Below are positions 1-8,842 of a stretch of DNA of 64,000 bases, piece by piece. Source of the DNA: Nitrososphaerota archaeon (GTDB lineage: Archaea > Thermoproteota > Nitrososphaeria_A > Caldarchaeales > Calditenuaceae); the NCBI GenBank assembly GCA_041641295.1, contig JBEPYO010000001.1:768001-832000 (forward strand). The letters run 5' to 3'. The notes beneath the pieces are model-generated. The model did no database searches. It saw only the letters and a list, made by a program, of their open reading frames with translations, and was not told the DNA's origin. Positions within the stretch are counted from its first letter, which is position 1; every line of letters starts with the position of its first letter. Both the position numbers and the translations under genes were made by a program.

Positions 1-2
1 CC

Positions 3-743
3 GCCCTCAAGCCAGAAGCAATATATCCCTACGGCTACACATCACCCACATACTCGGTAAGAGATTCCCTGAGAACCGCAAGGGAACTTGCATCAGGCAT
101 CGAAGAACTCGGCAGAGTCCTAATCAACACGGACGGCTGGATAGATCAGGAACGCGCCAAGAACCATAAATCCCAGCTAATAGAGATCCTCAAGCCGAGC
201 CACGTAATATTCATAGGCATAGACGACCATAGAGGGATGGAAGAGGCCTCCGCCAAAGTAGGTGCAGAGGTCATAAACATCCACGAACCCAAAGTCGTCA
301 TGAGGAGGGACCTAGATGCCAGGAGACAGATTAGGGAAATGAACTATACCAGATTCCTACGCGGGGCCAGGCTGGTCTCGACGCCGAGGCGATGGATCAA
401 GATAACTCCATTGATCCTAGATTCGCTCCCCATCGAAGACTACTTGAAGACCGTCATCAAGGAGATGGAGAACGCCGCCGTCGAGAAGGCACCACTCATC
501 GAGGGGTTGGACATGTCTGAGGCAGAACTTGGCATCCTCTCATACGTTAACGTGCAGGGCAGAAAGGCCCAAGGCCTCGCCCTCTTCATGGGGATAGACA
601 GCAAGGGCTTCGCCAGAATCTACACACCCCACCAGGGACCCATACAGGAGCTGAGAGTCGGCTCACTAATACTGTCAGCAAACTTCAAAGAAGTCTACAC
701 CTATCAGCCACCACTAGAGTGGGACCGCAACACCACAACCTAA
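3..743 (+). CDS. Clp1/Grc3-family polynucleotide 5'-hydroxyl kinase (5'-truncated by window edge)
   Basis: Frame is open from position 3 upstream of the 237 ATG and reads ...YGYTSP...VLINTDGWID...LIEILKPSHVIFIG. INTDGW is the Clp1-family Walker B region. Confidence 0.8.
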   Translation, partial: ALKPEAIYPYGYTSPTYSVRDSLRTARELASGIEELGRVLINTDGWIDQERAKNHKSQLIEILKPSHVIFIGIDDHRGMEEASAKVGAEVINIHEPKVVMRRDLDARRQIREMNYTRFLRGARLVSTPRRWIKITPLILDSLPIEDYLKTVIKEMENAAVEKAPLIEGLDMSEAELGILSYVNVQGRKAQGLALFMGIDSKGFARIYTPHQGPIQELRVGSLILSANFKEVYTYQPPLEWDRNTTT

Positions 744-758
744 AAAAGATATATACAC
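744..758 (+). promoter_or_regulatory. BRE/TATA promoter element upstream of aminotransferase-malK
   Basis: AAAAGATATATACAC about 45 nt upstream of the 801 start. The same 15-mer occurs at 25492-25506. Confidence 0.5.
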
Positions 759-800
759 AGATTCTGATAAATTAAGCGTGAGTTATAATGGTGAGAGTCT

Positions 801-2045
801 TTGGCACGGTTAGCAATTAATGGCGGAACTCCCGCGGCTCGAGACCTGTTTAAACTCATACCCGCCTGGCCAACTTATAGTGAAAAAGAGAAGAAAGCAC
901 TCATTGAAGTTTTGGAGAGTAGAAAATGGTGTAGGATTTATCCCGGGTCTAGGGCGGAGCTATTTGAGACTGCCTTTGCCGAGTATCACCACGCAAAACA
1001 CGGTATAGCTGTCGCAAATGGTACAGTAGCGTTAGAGCTTGCATTAAAGGCTGTAGGAGTTAAGCAGGGTGATAAGGTAATAGTTCCCGCCGTCACCTTC
1101 ATAGCTTCAGCGTCCGCAGCCACAGAGCTCGGAGCAATCCCAATATTCGCCGACGTCGACCCGGAGACTGGAAACATCTCGCCGGCCTCTGTCAGGGAGA
1201 TTGTCGAAAGAGAAGACGGGGTGAAAGCTGTTGTGGCTGTCCACTACGGCGGCAATCCGGTAAACTTTGACGAGCTGAAACCATTCCTATCTAGACGCGG
1301 GATTAAATTGATAGAGGATTGCGCACACGCACATGGCTCTGAGTGGAGGGGTAGGCGTGTGGGGGCTATAGGAGATATGGGTGGATTCTCATTTCAAGAG
1401 AGTAAGTCTCTAACGGCCGGTGAAGGTGGAATAGTGCTCACAGACAATGACGAATACGCCAACAAGGCGCGACTCATACACAACATAGGGAGAGTGGTGG
1501 GTAGGCCCGGATACGAACACTACATACTCAGCTCAAACTACAGGATGACAGAGTTCCAAGCAGCACTACTCCTGTCTAAGCTCGACGAGTTTAAAGAGCA
1601 GGTTGAGAAAAAGCATAGAAACGGAGAATATCTTGCTGGGCTTCTAAGGAAGATCGGTGGTGTGGAGCCGCAGAAAATGGAGGAAGGCGTGACTAAGAGG
1701 GGCTACTACTACTTCGTCTTCAGATACGATGAGGAAGAGTTCGGAGGGGTTCCAAAGGAGAGGTTCATAGAGGCTTTAAGGGCTGAGGGCGTACCAGCCG
1801 ATGTAGGCTATGGAATGCCACTTTACAAGCAGAAAGCCTTCAGTCGCGAGGCATTTCTTGAAGTCATGCCACCAGGCACAGAATATCCCGGCTACGATCA
1901 AATGTATCTACCCGGTGCAGAGGAATTCACTAGGAGAGAAGTAACTATGTTGCACTACATCCTTCTAGCAGAGAGAGAGGCCCTTGATCTGGTAGCTGCT
2001 GCAATCGAAAAGATAAAGGAGAACGCTCACGAGCTAGCAAGATAG
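801..2045 (+). CDS. DegT/DnrJ/EryC1/StrS PLP-dependent sugar/cyclitol aminotransferase (BtrR/StsC-like)
   Basis: LAINGG N-terminus, NGTVALELAL, IEDCAHAHG, PLP-lysine motif FSFQESKSLTAGEGG, NYRMTEFQAA. Confidence 0.9.
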   Translation: MARLAINGGTPAARDLFKLIPAWPTYSEKEKKALIEVLESRKWCRIYPGSRAELFETAFAEYHHAKHGIAVANGTVALELALKAVGVKQGDKVIVPAVTFIASASAATELGAIPIFADVDPETGNISPASVREIVEREDGVKAVVAVHYGGNPVNFDELKPFLSRRGIKLIEDCAHAHGSEWRGRRVGAIGDMGGFSFQESKSLTAGEGGIVLTDNDEYANKARLIHNIGRVVGRPGYEHYILSSNYRMTEFQAALLLSKLDEFKEQVEKKHRNGEYLAGLLRKIGGVEPQKMEEGVTKRGYYYFVFRYDEEEFGGVPKERFIEALRAEGVPADVGYGMPLYKQKAFSREAFLEVMPPGTEYPGYDQMYLPGAEEFTRREVTMLHYILLAEREALDLVAAAIEKIKENAHELAR

Positions 2046-2062
2046 AGGGGAAGAGATGAATA

Positions 2063-3151
2063 ATGACAGAAGTAAAGCTCGAGAAGGTGTGTAAATACTT
2101 TGGGGAGACAAAGGCTGTAGACAATGTCGACCTACAGGTTAATGATGGTGAATTTATGGTATTATTGGGCCCGTCAGGCTGTGGCAAGACCACAACCTTA
2201 AGGCTTATTGCTGGTCTTGAAAAGCCGACAAGCGGTCTAATACTTTTTGATGGCGAGGTTGTAAATGAGCTGGAGCCTAAAGATAGACGAGTTGCGATGG
2301 TTTTCCAAGACTATGCGCTATACCCCCATATGAAAGTGTTTGACAACATGGCGCTGAACCTCCAAGTACGCGGTGTACCACGTGACGAGATAAGGCGGAA
2401 GGTTTTGGAAACTGCTGAGCTTTTAGGAATTAAGCACCTCTTGGACAGGAAGCCTGGTCAGCTCAGCGGAGGAGAGCAACAGCGCGTTGCCCTAGGACGT
2501 GCTATCGTTAGAGAGCCGTCTGTTTTCTTGATGGATGAGCCGCTTTCCAACCTTGACGCGGCTCTTAGGGCTAGGATGAGGGGTGAACTGAAGAAACTCC
2601 AAGAGCGATTAAAGACAACAACAATCTATGTTACACATGACCAAATAGAGGCGATGGTAATGGCTAACAGGATAGCAGTAATGAAGAGTGGCAGGATACA
2701 GCAGATAGGCTCGCCTCAAGAGATATACAATAGGCCTACTAACAGGTTTGTAGCAGAGTTCGTAGGAAGTCCGAAAATGAACATATTCGACGCAACAGTG
2801 ATAAGTGATGAAAATACAAGACTAACCACCGGTGAATTCGATATCGATATATCCCCGTTACTAGCTCGAAAAGTGGCGCAGAGCAGTTCAGGCCCTGAGG
2901 TATTGGTTGGCGTTAGGCCTGAAGACGTCGCGGTCTCCACAACCTACCAAGAGGGGTTTATAGAGGCAATGATCTATCTTGTCGAAGATATTGGAAACCT
3001 CTCATTTGTCACGCTTCAAGCCGGTGATGTGTTTATTGTGGCGCAGGCACCGCCATCAATTGGGCTAAAAGTAGGTGATAAGGCATATTTTAAGCTAATA
3101 GCTGAGAAGTTGCATATATTTGATAAAAAGACAGAGGAATTGATAATTTAA
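2063..3151 (+). CDS. Sugar ABC transporter ATP-binding subunit (MalK/MsmX family)
   Basis: Walker A GPSGCGKT, LSGGEQQRVALGRA, DEPLSNLD, VTHDQIEAM, C-terminal TOBE region. Confidence 0.95.
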   Translation: MTEVKLEKVCKYFGETKAVDNVDLQVNDGEFMVLLGPSGCGKTTTLRLIAGLEKPTSGLILFDGEVVNELEPKDRRVAMVFQDYALYPHMKVFDNMALNLQVRGVPRDEIRRKVLETAELLGIKHLLDRKPGQLSGGEQQRVALGRAIVREPSVFLMDEPLSNLDAALRARMRGELKKLQERLKTTTIYVTHDQIEAMVMANRIAVMKSGRIQQIGSPQEIYNRPTNRFVAEFVGSPKMNIFDATVISDENTRLTTGEFDIDISPLLARKVAQSSSGPEVLVGVRPEDVAVSTTYQEGFIEAMIYLVEDIGNLSFVTLQAGDVFIVAQAPPSIGLKVGDKAYFKLIAEKLHIFDKKTEELII

Positions 3152-4002
3152 CGGCCGAATGCCATGAATGCAACCCCGCGGCGTATTCTTTCTGCGAAGA
3201 CTATGTAGAGAACTATCGTAGGTATCGCGGATATTAATACTGCGGCACTCTGGGCTACATAGTCGTTTCCATATCTGCCCGTAGTGAAGTTTAGCAGATT
3301 GATTGGTACGGTGAAATTGCTTGGTGAACGTAGAAAGATGAAGGCGAAAAGGAAGTCATTCCAGATGCCGATGAACATGATTATAGCAACTGTCAGAATG
3401 GTTGGAAGAGCTAGAGGAAGCATTATTTTCCAGTACATCGCATAATTTGATAGCCCGTCAACTCGTGCAGAGTCTTGTAGGCTACTAGGTATTGAGACAA
3501 AGAATGCCTTCATGAAGAGTATGGCAAACGGCAAGTGCCATCCGACGTATGAGAGAATGAGCCCAAGATGAGAATCAACGAGACCCATATCCCTTAAGAG
3601 GATAAGCAATGGCACAAGTACTGCGTGAGGGGCAATGAAGAATCCAGCAATTAGCAGGTTTGTAACCGCTCCTTTAAACCTGAATTCTATACGAGAAGTC
3701 GCATACGATGCCATTGGAGCTATAATTGATATTATGAGTACAGAACTCAGAGATACAATGAGGCTATTAATCACGGCTTGACCCATATTGCCTCTGTCAA
3801 GTGCCTTGAAGAAGTTATCAAAAGTAGGGTTGGAAGGAAGACCCCATGGGTCGAGAAAGAGCTCCCTGTTGGTTTTAAATGCTGTAACTAGCGTCCAGAA
3901 TAGTGGGTAGATCATTATAATGGAGATTATCACCAGGAAAACAGCCAGTACAAATAGCTTCACACGCCTCGTAAACACAACTCTTTCAGACAACTTCTTC
4001 AT
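3148..4002 (-). CDS. Carbohydrate ABC transporter permease (MalG-like)
   Basis: Six hydrophobic segments and an EAA-like loop SLQDSARVDG...PLALP...WNDF. Confidence 0.92.
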   Translation of the reverse strand: MKKLSERVVFTRRVKLFVLAVFLVIISIIMIYPLFWTLVTAFKTNRELFLDPWGLPSNPTFDNFFKALDRGNMGQAVINSLIVSLSSVLIISIIAPMASYATSRIEFRFKGAVTNLLIAGFFIAPHAVLVPLLILLRDMGLVDSHLGLILSYVGWHLPFAILFMKAFFVSIPSSLQDSARVDGLSNYAMYWKIMLPLALPTILTVAIIMFIGIWNDFLFAFIFLRSPSNFTVPINLLNFTTGRYGNDYVAQSAAVLISAIPTIVLYIVFAERIRRGVAFMAFGR

Positions 4003-4006
4003 TTTT

Positions 4007-4954
4007 TCACCTCGTTAGCCTAGACCGTGTAAATTTTATGAGAAGCTGGACGATGACAAAGCTGAAAATGAATATTGTGACACCTATTGCAGCACCATAT
4101 CCCGGCTCAGAGGACCTGAAGGCAGCCCTATAGAGCCAAGTTGTAGTGACATGTGTGCTATCGCTGGGCCCTCCCTGCGTCATAACCCAGATAAGGTCAA
4201 AGAACTTGAAGGCACCGGCAATATCTATTATCACGAGCACAACTATTAACTCCTTCAGAAGCGGAAGGGTTATTTTTCTAAACTCCTGAAAACCAGAAAG
4301 CCCATCTATTCTAGCTGATTCAAATATACTCGGTGGAATGCTCTTCAAAGTAGCGATTGTCATTGTTGTTGTTAGTCCTATGTATATCCAGTTAACAGTC
4401 CCGAAGATTGCTATGAGAGCTGTGTTTATATCGCCTAGCCAAGGGCGCGCCAGAAAACCTAAGCCAATAGTTCGCAAAAAGACGTTGATCGAGCCGAAAT
4501 ATGGATTATACATCCACGTCCAGATAAGCGAGACTGCAACTGATGATATTACATATGGTAAGAAGATTATTGCCCAGAATAACCCTCCAATTCTTCTATA
4601 CCTGAGTACAATCGTGGCGAGGGCTACGCCTATTGGGATCTGTATAGCCGAGGACTGGGCCGCAAGTAATATTACATTAACCAAGGATCGAAGATATACG
4701 GGATCGTTTAGGAACATCCTTACGTAATTTTCAATCCCAACAAATATCATATTCGGGCTGACGAAATTCCATCTGAAGAGGCTGAGATAGAACATCTGAA
4801 CCAGTGGATAAAATATGAAGATGATGACGAATGCTAATGCGGGTAGAGATAGTATTAGACCTGCGTTTGAGTCTAGAAAGTTTTTTAATGATTTGTGCGA
4901 AAAAAATATAGTTGAGCCTGGCTTATTTTTCTCTCTCAGACTAGACCTCTTCAA
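4007..4954 (-). CDS. Carbohydrate ABC transporter permease (MalF-like); start uncertain (TTG 4954 or upstream 4993)
   Basis: FVGIENY, EAA loop IFESARIDG, FDLIWVMTQGGP, GYGAAIG. Confidence 0.92.
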   Translation of the reverse strand: MKRSSLREKNKPGSTIFFSHKSLKNFLDSNAGLILSLPALAFVIIFIFYPLVQMFYLSLFRWNFVSPNMIFVGIENYVRMFLNDPVYLRSLVNVILLAAQSSAIQIPIGVALATIVLRYRRIGGLFWAIIFLPYVISSVAVSLIWTWMYNPYFGSINVFLRTIGLGFLARPWLGDINTALIAIFGTVNWIYIGLTTTMTIATLKSIPPSIFESARIDGLSGFQEFRKITLPLLKELIVVLVIIDIAGAFKFFDLIWVMTQGGPSDSTHVTTTWLYRAAFRSSEPGYGAAIGVTIFIFSFVIVQLLIKFTRSRLTR

Positions 4955-6293
4955 GCGGCAATATCCCCTGCTCTGCAAGCTCACGCGCGACACGCTCTTG
5001 TGCTTCAGCCATTTGCTCCGGAGTCATGGTTCCGGCGGCCACAGCAGCTAGTGAGTCGAGGTGGACCTGCGCAAACTTGGGTGGGGAATATTCATCGTAG
5101 GCCATCTGGAGCCAGCTTGCCCTCGACGTAGACTCAATTACCTTGACAAGTACAGCGGGATAGTGTTCGGTGGGAACGGGTACGTTCTGTGCGAGAGGTG
5201 AAGCGGTTAGCTCCGCATATCTTATAATATTTTCTCTCTTGGAAATGAATCTCAGAAAGTCGTACGCAACTTTTTTAACATTGTCGGGAATGTTCTTAGC
5301 TATTGCGTAGTGGTGCTGGACTGCTCCTAGGAGCATCGTTGGGTCGCCCTTGCCTCCAGGTACTGTTGGGAAGTTGATGATGTCGATTGGAAAGTCTGGG
5401 AATGATGCGAAGAGGTCTCCAAGTATCCAGGGTCCTTGGAGCCACATTGCGGCCTTTCCTGTGAAGAAGAGGTTCTGTGCCTCATCGTAGCTTGCGCCTA
5501 TGAATCCCTCTTGGAAAGCACCTAAGTCAACTATTTCCTTGAATAGGTATCCAGCCTTCACCCAGTGCTCGTCAGTGAAACTGTAGCCGGGTGCCCGGTT
5601 TATCGTCTTTCTGAACGCATCGGAGCCAGCCAGCCTATCCACTATGTACATGTAGTAGAATGAGAGTTCCCACTTATCCTTACCGCCTACCGCAATAGGA
5701 ATTATTCCAGCCTCCTTGAATTTTCTGATAGCAGCCTTGAACTCATCCCATGTCCAAGTACTCGTTATAGGTGGTATCTGAACTCCCGCCTTCTCAAAAA
5801 GTTCTCTGTTGATATAGAAATGGCCAGCCCATAGGTCAAATGGTACTGCATAGTGTCGTCCATTCCAAGTTGACTGTCTAAGCATAGTTCGCGGTATTTG
5901 GTTTACAGCCCACTCCTCATTCAGCAAAGCAGTTAGGTCCTCAACATGTCCCCCATCCACATATGACTTGAGGACACCACCACCCAGAGTCCTAAAAACT
6001 GCGGGTGGTTGGCCAGACGCAATGGCTGCCTCAAACTTGGTCTTAAACTCCTCATCAGAGGCAAATTCGACAATTACTATATCGACGTTGGGGTGATCCC
6101 TCTCATATGCCGCCTCCATTTCCTCGGCCCATTTCAAACGCGCCTCCCCCCACTCGTCCCACCACTCAATCCTAATCTTCTCAGCCGGCCTCTGTGTGGT
6201 CAAAAAGAAGGCCACACCAGCTGCGACAACAACTATAGCCACAAGAACCAAAGCCACAACTAATCTAACCCTCGAAGGCCTCTGTTGAGACAT
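4941..6293 (-). CDS. Sugar ABC transporter substrate-binding protein (extracellular solute-binding family 1)
   Basis: N-terminal membrane anchor, WNGRHYAVP, YINRELFEKAG, WTWDEF, FFTGKAAMWLQGPW. Confidence 0.92.
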   Translation of the reverse strand: MSQQRPSRVRLVVALVLVAIVVVAAGVAFFLTTQRPAEKIRIEWWDEWGEARLKWAEEMEAAYERDHPNVDIVIVEFASDEEFKTKFEAAIASGQPPAVFRTLGGGVLKSYVDGGHVEDLTALLNEEWAVNQIPRTMLRQSTWNGRHYAVPFDLWAGHFYINRELFEKAGVQIPPITSTWTWDEFKAAIRKFKEAGIIPIAVGGKDKWELSFYYMYIVDRLAGSDAFRKTINRAPGYSFTDEHWVKAGYLFKEIVDLGAFQEGFIGASYDEAQNLFFTGKAAMWLQGPWILGDLFASFPDFPIDIINFPTVPGGKGDPTMLLGAVQHHYAIAKNIPDNVKKVAYDFLRFISKRENIIRYAELTASPLAQNVPVPTEHYPAVLVKVIESTSRASWLQMAYDEYSPPKFAQVHLDSLAAVAAGTMTPEQMAEAQERVARELAEQGILPLEEV

Positions 6294-6355
6294 TTACATC
6301 GTTAAATGGTTCTCAGCCCATTGAGATAAGCTTTTCCCCCCGGATATTTTTCAGT

Positions 6356-8215
6356 CTATTTCGTACTTATCTCCTCTTCTATTGCTTCTCTGTATGCCTT
6401 GTAGAGCCGGTCTACGAGTCTGTAGACCATGTAGATTATGATTATTGCTGTGGCTGGTGCGAGGGATTTGACGATGTATGGGCCCGCTATCGGGAGGGTG
6501 CTGAGGCTCCAAGAGTAGGTCCAGAGAATTAATGCGAAGAAGAGGTATGTGGTGTCGTTGATTGTCTCGCGGATTATTGTTGATGTCAGCCGTAGCCTGT
6601 GTACGAGTTTTGAGGAGAAATGCTCAGCCAGTATTCCGCTCGAGACTATTATCTTTGAGCCGAAATAGATTATCACCCCTATCTCCACCAATGGCAGGAG
6701 TGTCGCCACCTCGAGGGTTATGGGATTCTCCACTATCACTATGTCGGCAAAGGGTGTTAGTAGGAGCCGGGTTACTAGTAGCCCGATGGTGAGGCGGAAT
6801 GTGTTGACAATCACCGAGTGGACGGCTCCCTTGACTGTCAGCTCCTCGGCGAGGCGGGGCCAAGCTTCACGCCTCTCTCTTCTGGGCATGGGCCACGACC
6901 ACGTTACAGAACCCTTGAAGAGGAGGGCCAACCCCGCAATAACGAAGATGATGGAGGCGGAGGCGATGTAGTATATCGAGTAGAGCGGGTAGCCGGCTGC
7001 CGCGAATATGAAGACACTGAAGAGCCTCGCGTCCCGAGTTGCGGGAATCTTCCTCAGGTTATCCACCCCGATGTTTAGTCTTGAGAGCATGTGTGTGGTT
7101 TGGCTGACTAGTGTGGCGCTGGCGGCGGCAACTATGGATAGGATCGCATCCAGTGTAGAGAGGGGCCAGCTGGCCGCGGCTACTCCAGCTATAACCGCGA
7201 TATCTGCGACCCTATCCAAAATGTTGTCGAAGACCTCGCCTTGGGAGCTCGTAGCCTTGAATAGGCGTGCGACCTCCCCATCAACACCGTCTAGGATGGA
7301 TGCTATTTGTATAAGTAGACCGCCGATCAGAAAAAACCCAGCCGGGAAGGAGACCGCCCCCAGAATCGCTACAATGAATGAGATGAGAGAGATGATGTTG
7401 GGGTGGATGAAGAGTCCCCTCTTGTAGAGATGGAGTGAGATCCTCGTCGAGATGTTTCTGTTCAGTAGCCTGCTCACCAGACCGTCTGAGGGTTTTACAA
7501 GGTCTCTCCTCAAGATTTCATAATAGACTTCTCTGGCAGCCTCTAGGTCGCCGGGAGTGTCAATATCTTTCCATAGGAGGCCTGTAACATCAACGAAGTC
7601 TACGTCGTTGTTTGCGGCCGCTAGGTTGATTGCATCTTTGAGGGAGGCTTCCTTTCCATATTCCTCGACAGCCTTCTCCATGTATTGCAGGCTACGCGGC
7701 CCGCAAAATATTACGCCTGTATCAATCCCATAAGTGGGTGTCAGCTCCTTCCCAGTCTCAACTACGCGACCCTCATTCAGCGAGAGTTTAAGACCCTCCT
7801 CAGCCGTCTTCAATGACGGCTTCCTATCGAGGCATAGTATGAAGGCCTTCTGGCTATTTTTAGCGCGCTTAATCATTCGCCTGAGTATTCGCCTCTCCAT
7901 TATGTGGTCAGACATCACGAGAAGGAGTGGTGGGTTAACCTCTTTGCAACCCATATATGCGCTATACAGGTTTCCGAAGGGGTCCTCATCCCGGATCTGG
8001 ATTACATTGAGACTTGGGCTAATCTTCTTAAAGATGTCTGCAAAATCCGGTCTAGTAACTATCGCAATATCCGATACCCCACTGCCTCTAAGCTGGTTGA
8101 TTATAAATGATAGTATTGAGACGCCGGGCTCGAGCTCCATCATGGACTTGGGCGTATGATGAGAGTAGGGGTGGAGACGGGTGCCCCTACCTGCCGCTAA
8201 GATAACTGACCGCAC
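6356..8215 (-). CDS. Bifunctional inositol-1-phosphate cytidylyltransferase / di-myo-inositol-phosphate-phosphate synthase (IPCT/DIPPS) with extra C-terminal membrane domain
   Basis: NTP-transferase VILAAGRGTRL...PKSM, DTG, WKDIDTPGDL; linker KPSDGLVSRLLNR; CDP-alcohol phosphotransferase motif DGVDGEVAR...G...D...DR. Confidence 0.85.
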   Translation of the reverse strand: MRSVILAAGRGTRLHPYSHHTPKSMMELEPGVSILSFIINQLRGSGVSDIAIVTRPDFADIFKKISPSLNVIQIRDEDPFGNLYSAYMGCKEVNPPLLLVMSDHIMERRILRRMIKRAKNSQKAFILCLDRKPSLKTAEEGLKLSLNEGRVVETGKELTPTYGIDTGVIFCGPRSLQYMEKAVEEYGKEASLKDAINLAAANNDVDFVDVTGLLWKDIDTPGDLEAAREVYYEILRRDLVKPSDGLVSRLLNRNISTRISLHLYKRGLFIHPNIISLISFIVAILGAVSFPAGFFLIGGLLIQIASILDGVDGEVARLFKATSSQGEVFDNILDRVADIAVIAGVAAASWPLSTLDAILSIVAAASATLVSQTTHMLSRLNIGVDNLRKIPATRDARLFSVFIFAAAGYPLYSIYYIASASIIFVIAGLALLFKGSVTWSWPMPRRERREAWPRLAEELTVKGAVHSVIVNTFRLTIGLLVTRLLLTPFADIVIVENPITLEVATLLPLVEIGVIIYFGSKIIVSSGILAEHFSSKLVHRLRLTSTIIRETINDTTYLFFALILWTYSWSLSTLPIAGPYIVKSLAPATAIIIIYMVYRLVDRLYKAYREAIEEEISTK

Positions 8216-8362
8216 GACCTAAATCTTAGTCCTCTTCCTCTGATATAACTTTTCGCAAAGGGCCGTTTTTGTAGAGCTAGTCTGTCGCGTGTGCTCGTGT
8301 GTTTGATGCAGCCTTATAATAGGTGTGAAAATGTATATTATCATGTTTTGCGATTGTATAAG

Positions 8363-8794
8363 ATGTTGAACGGTAGTGACCATAGTTGGGTATTCTTTGC
8401 TGTGTTGGCGCTGCTTGTGTGGGGTGTTTGGGGGTTCGCGGCTAGGCTTGCAGCCGCCTCGATTGGCTGGCGTGAGATGACCGTACTCGGCTCTATCGGA
8501 AGCGTATCTTCAATGATTGTCTTCGCGTTGCTGACGAGGCCTAATCTATCATATCCTCTCAGCGCATTTATGCTTGCTTTTGTTGTCGGTGTACTGGGTT
8601 TCATGGGAGCACCCATCTTTTACGCAGCCCTTGAGCGGAATCCCTCAGCAATAGTTGTCGTGGTAACCTCACTATACCCCGTCGTTACAATAATACTCTC
8701 GACACTCATCCTCAATGAAGTTCCTACCACTAGGCAGGTTGTCGGAATCGTGCTGGCAATTGCGGCCCTAGTCCTCATATCGTCTAAGACTTGA
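8363..8794 (+). CDS. EamA/DMT-family transporter
   Basis: WGVWG motif, hydrophobic helices, SLYPVVTIILS...LNE...GIVLA. Confidence 0.85.
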   Translation: MLNGSDHSWVFFAVLALLVWGVWGFAARLAAASIGWREMTVLGSIGSVSSMIVFALLTRPNLSYPLSAFMLAFVVGVLGFMGAPIFYAALERNPSAIVVVVTSLYPVVTIILSTLILNEVPTTRQVVGIVLAIAALVLISSKT

Positions 8795-8842
8795 GGCCTT
8801 GGGAAGATGTATAAGCATGCTCTACAGGCCTCGATTTGAGGC

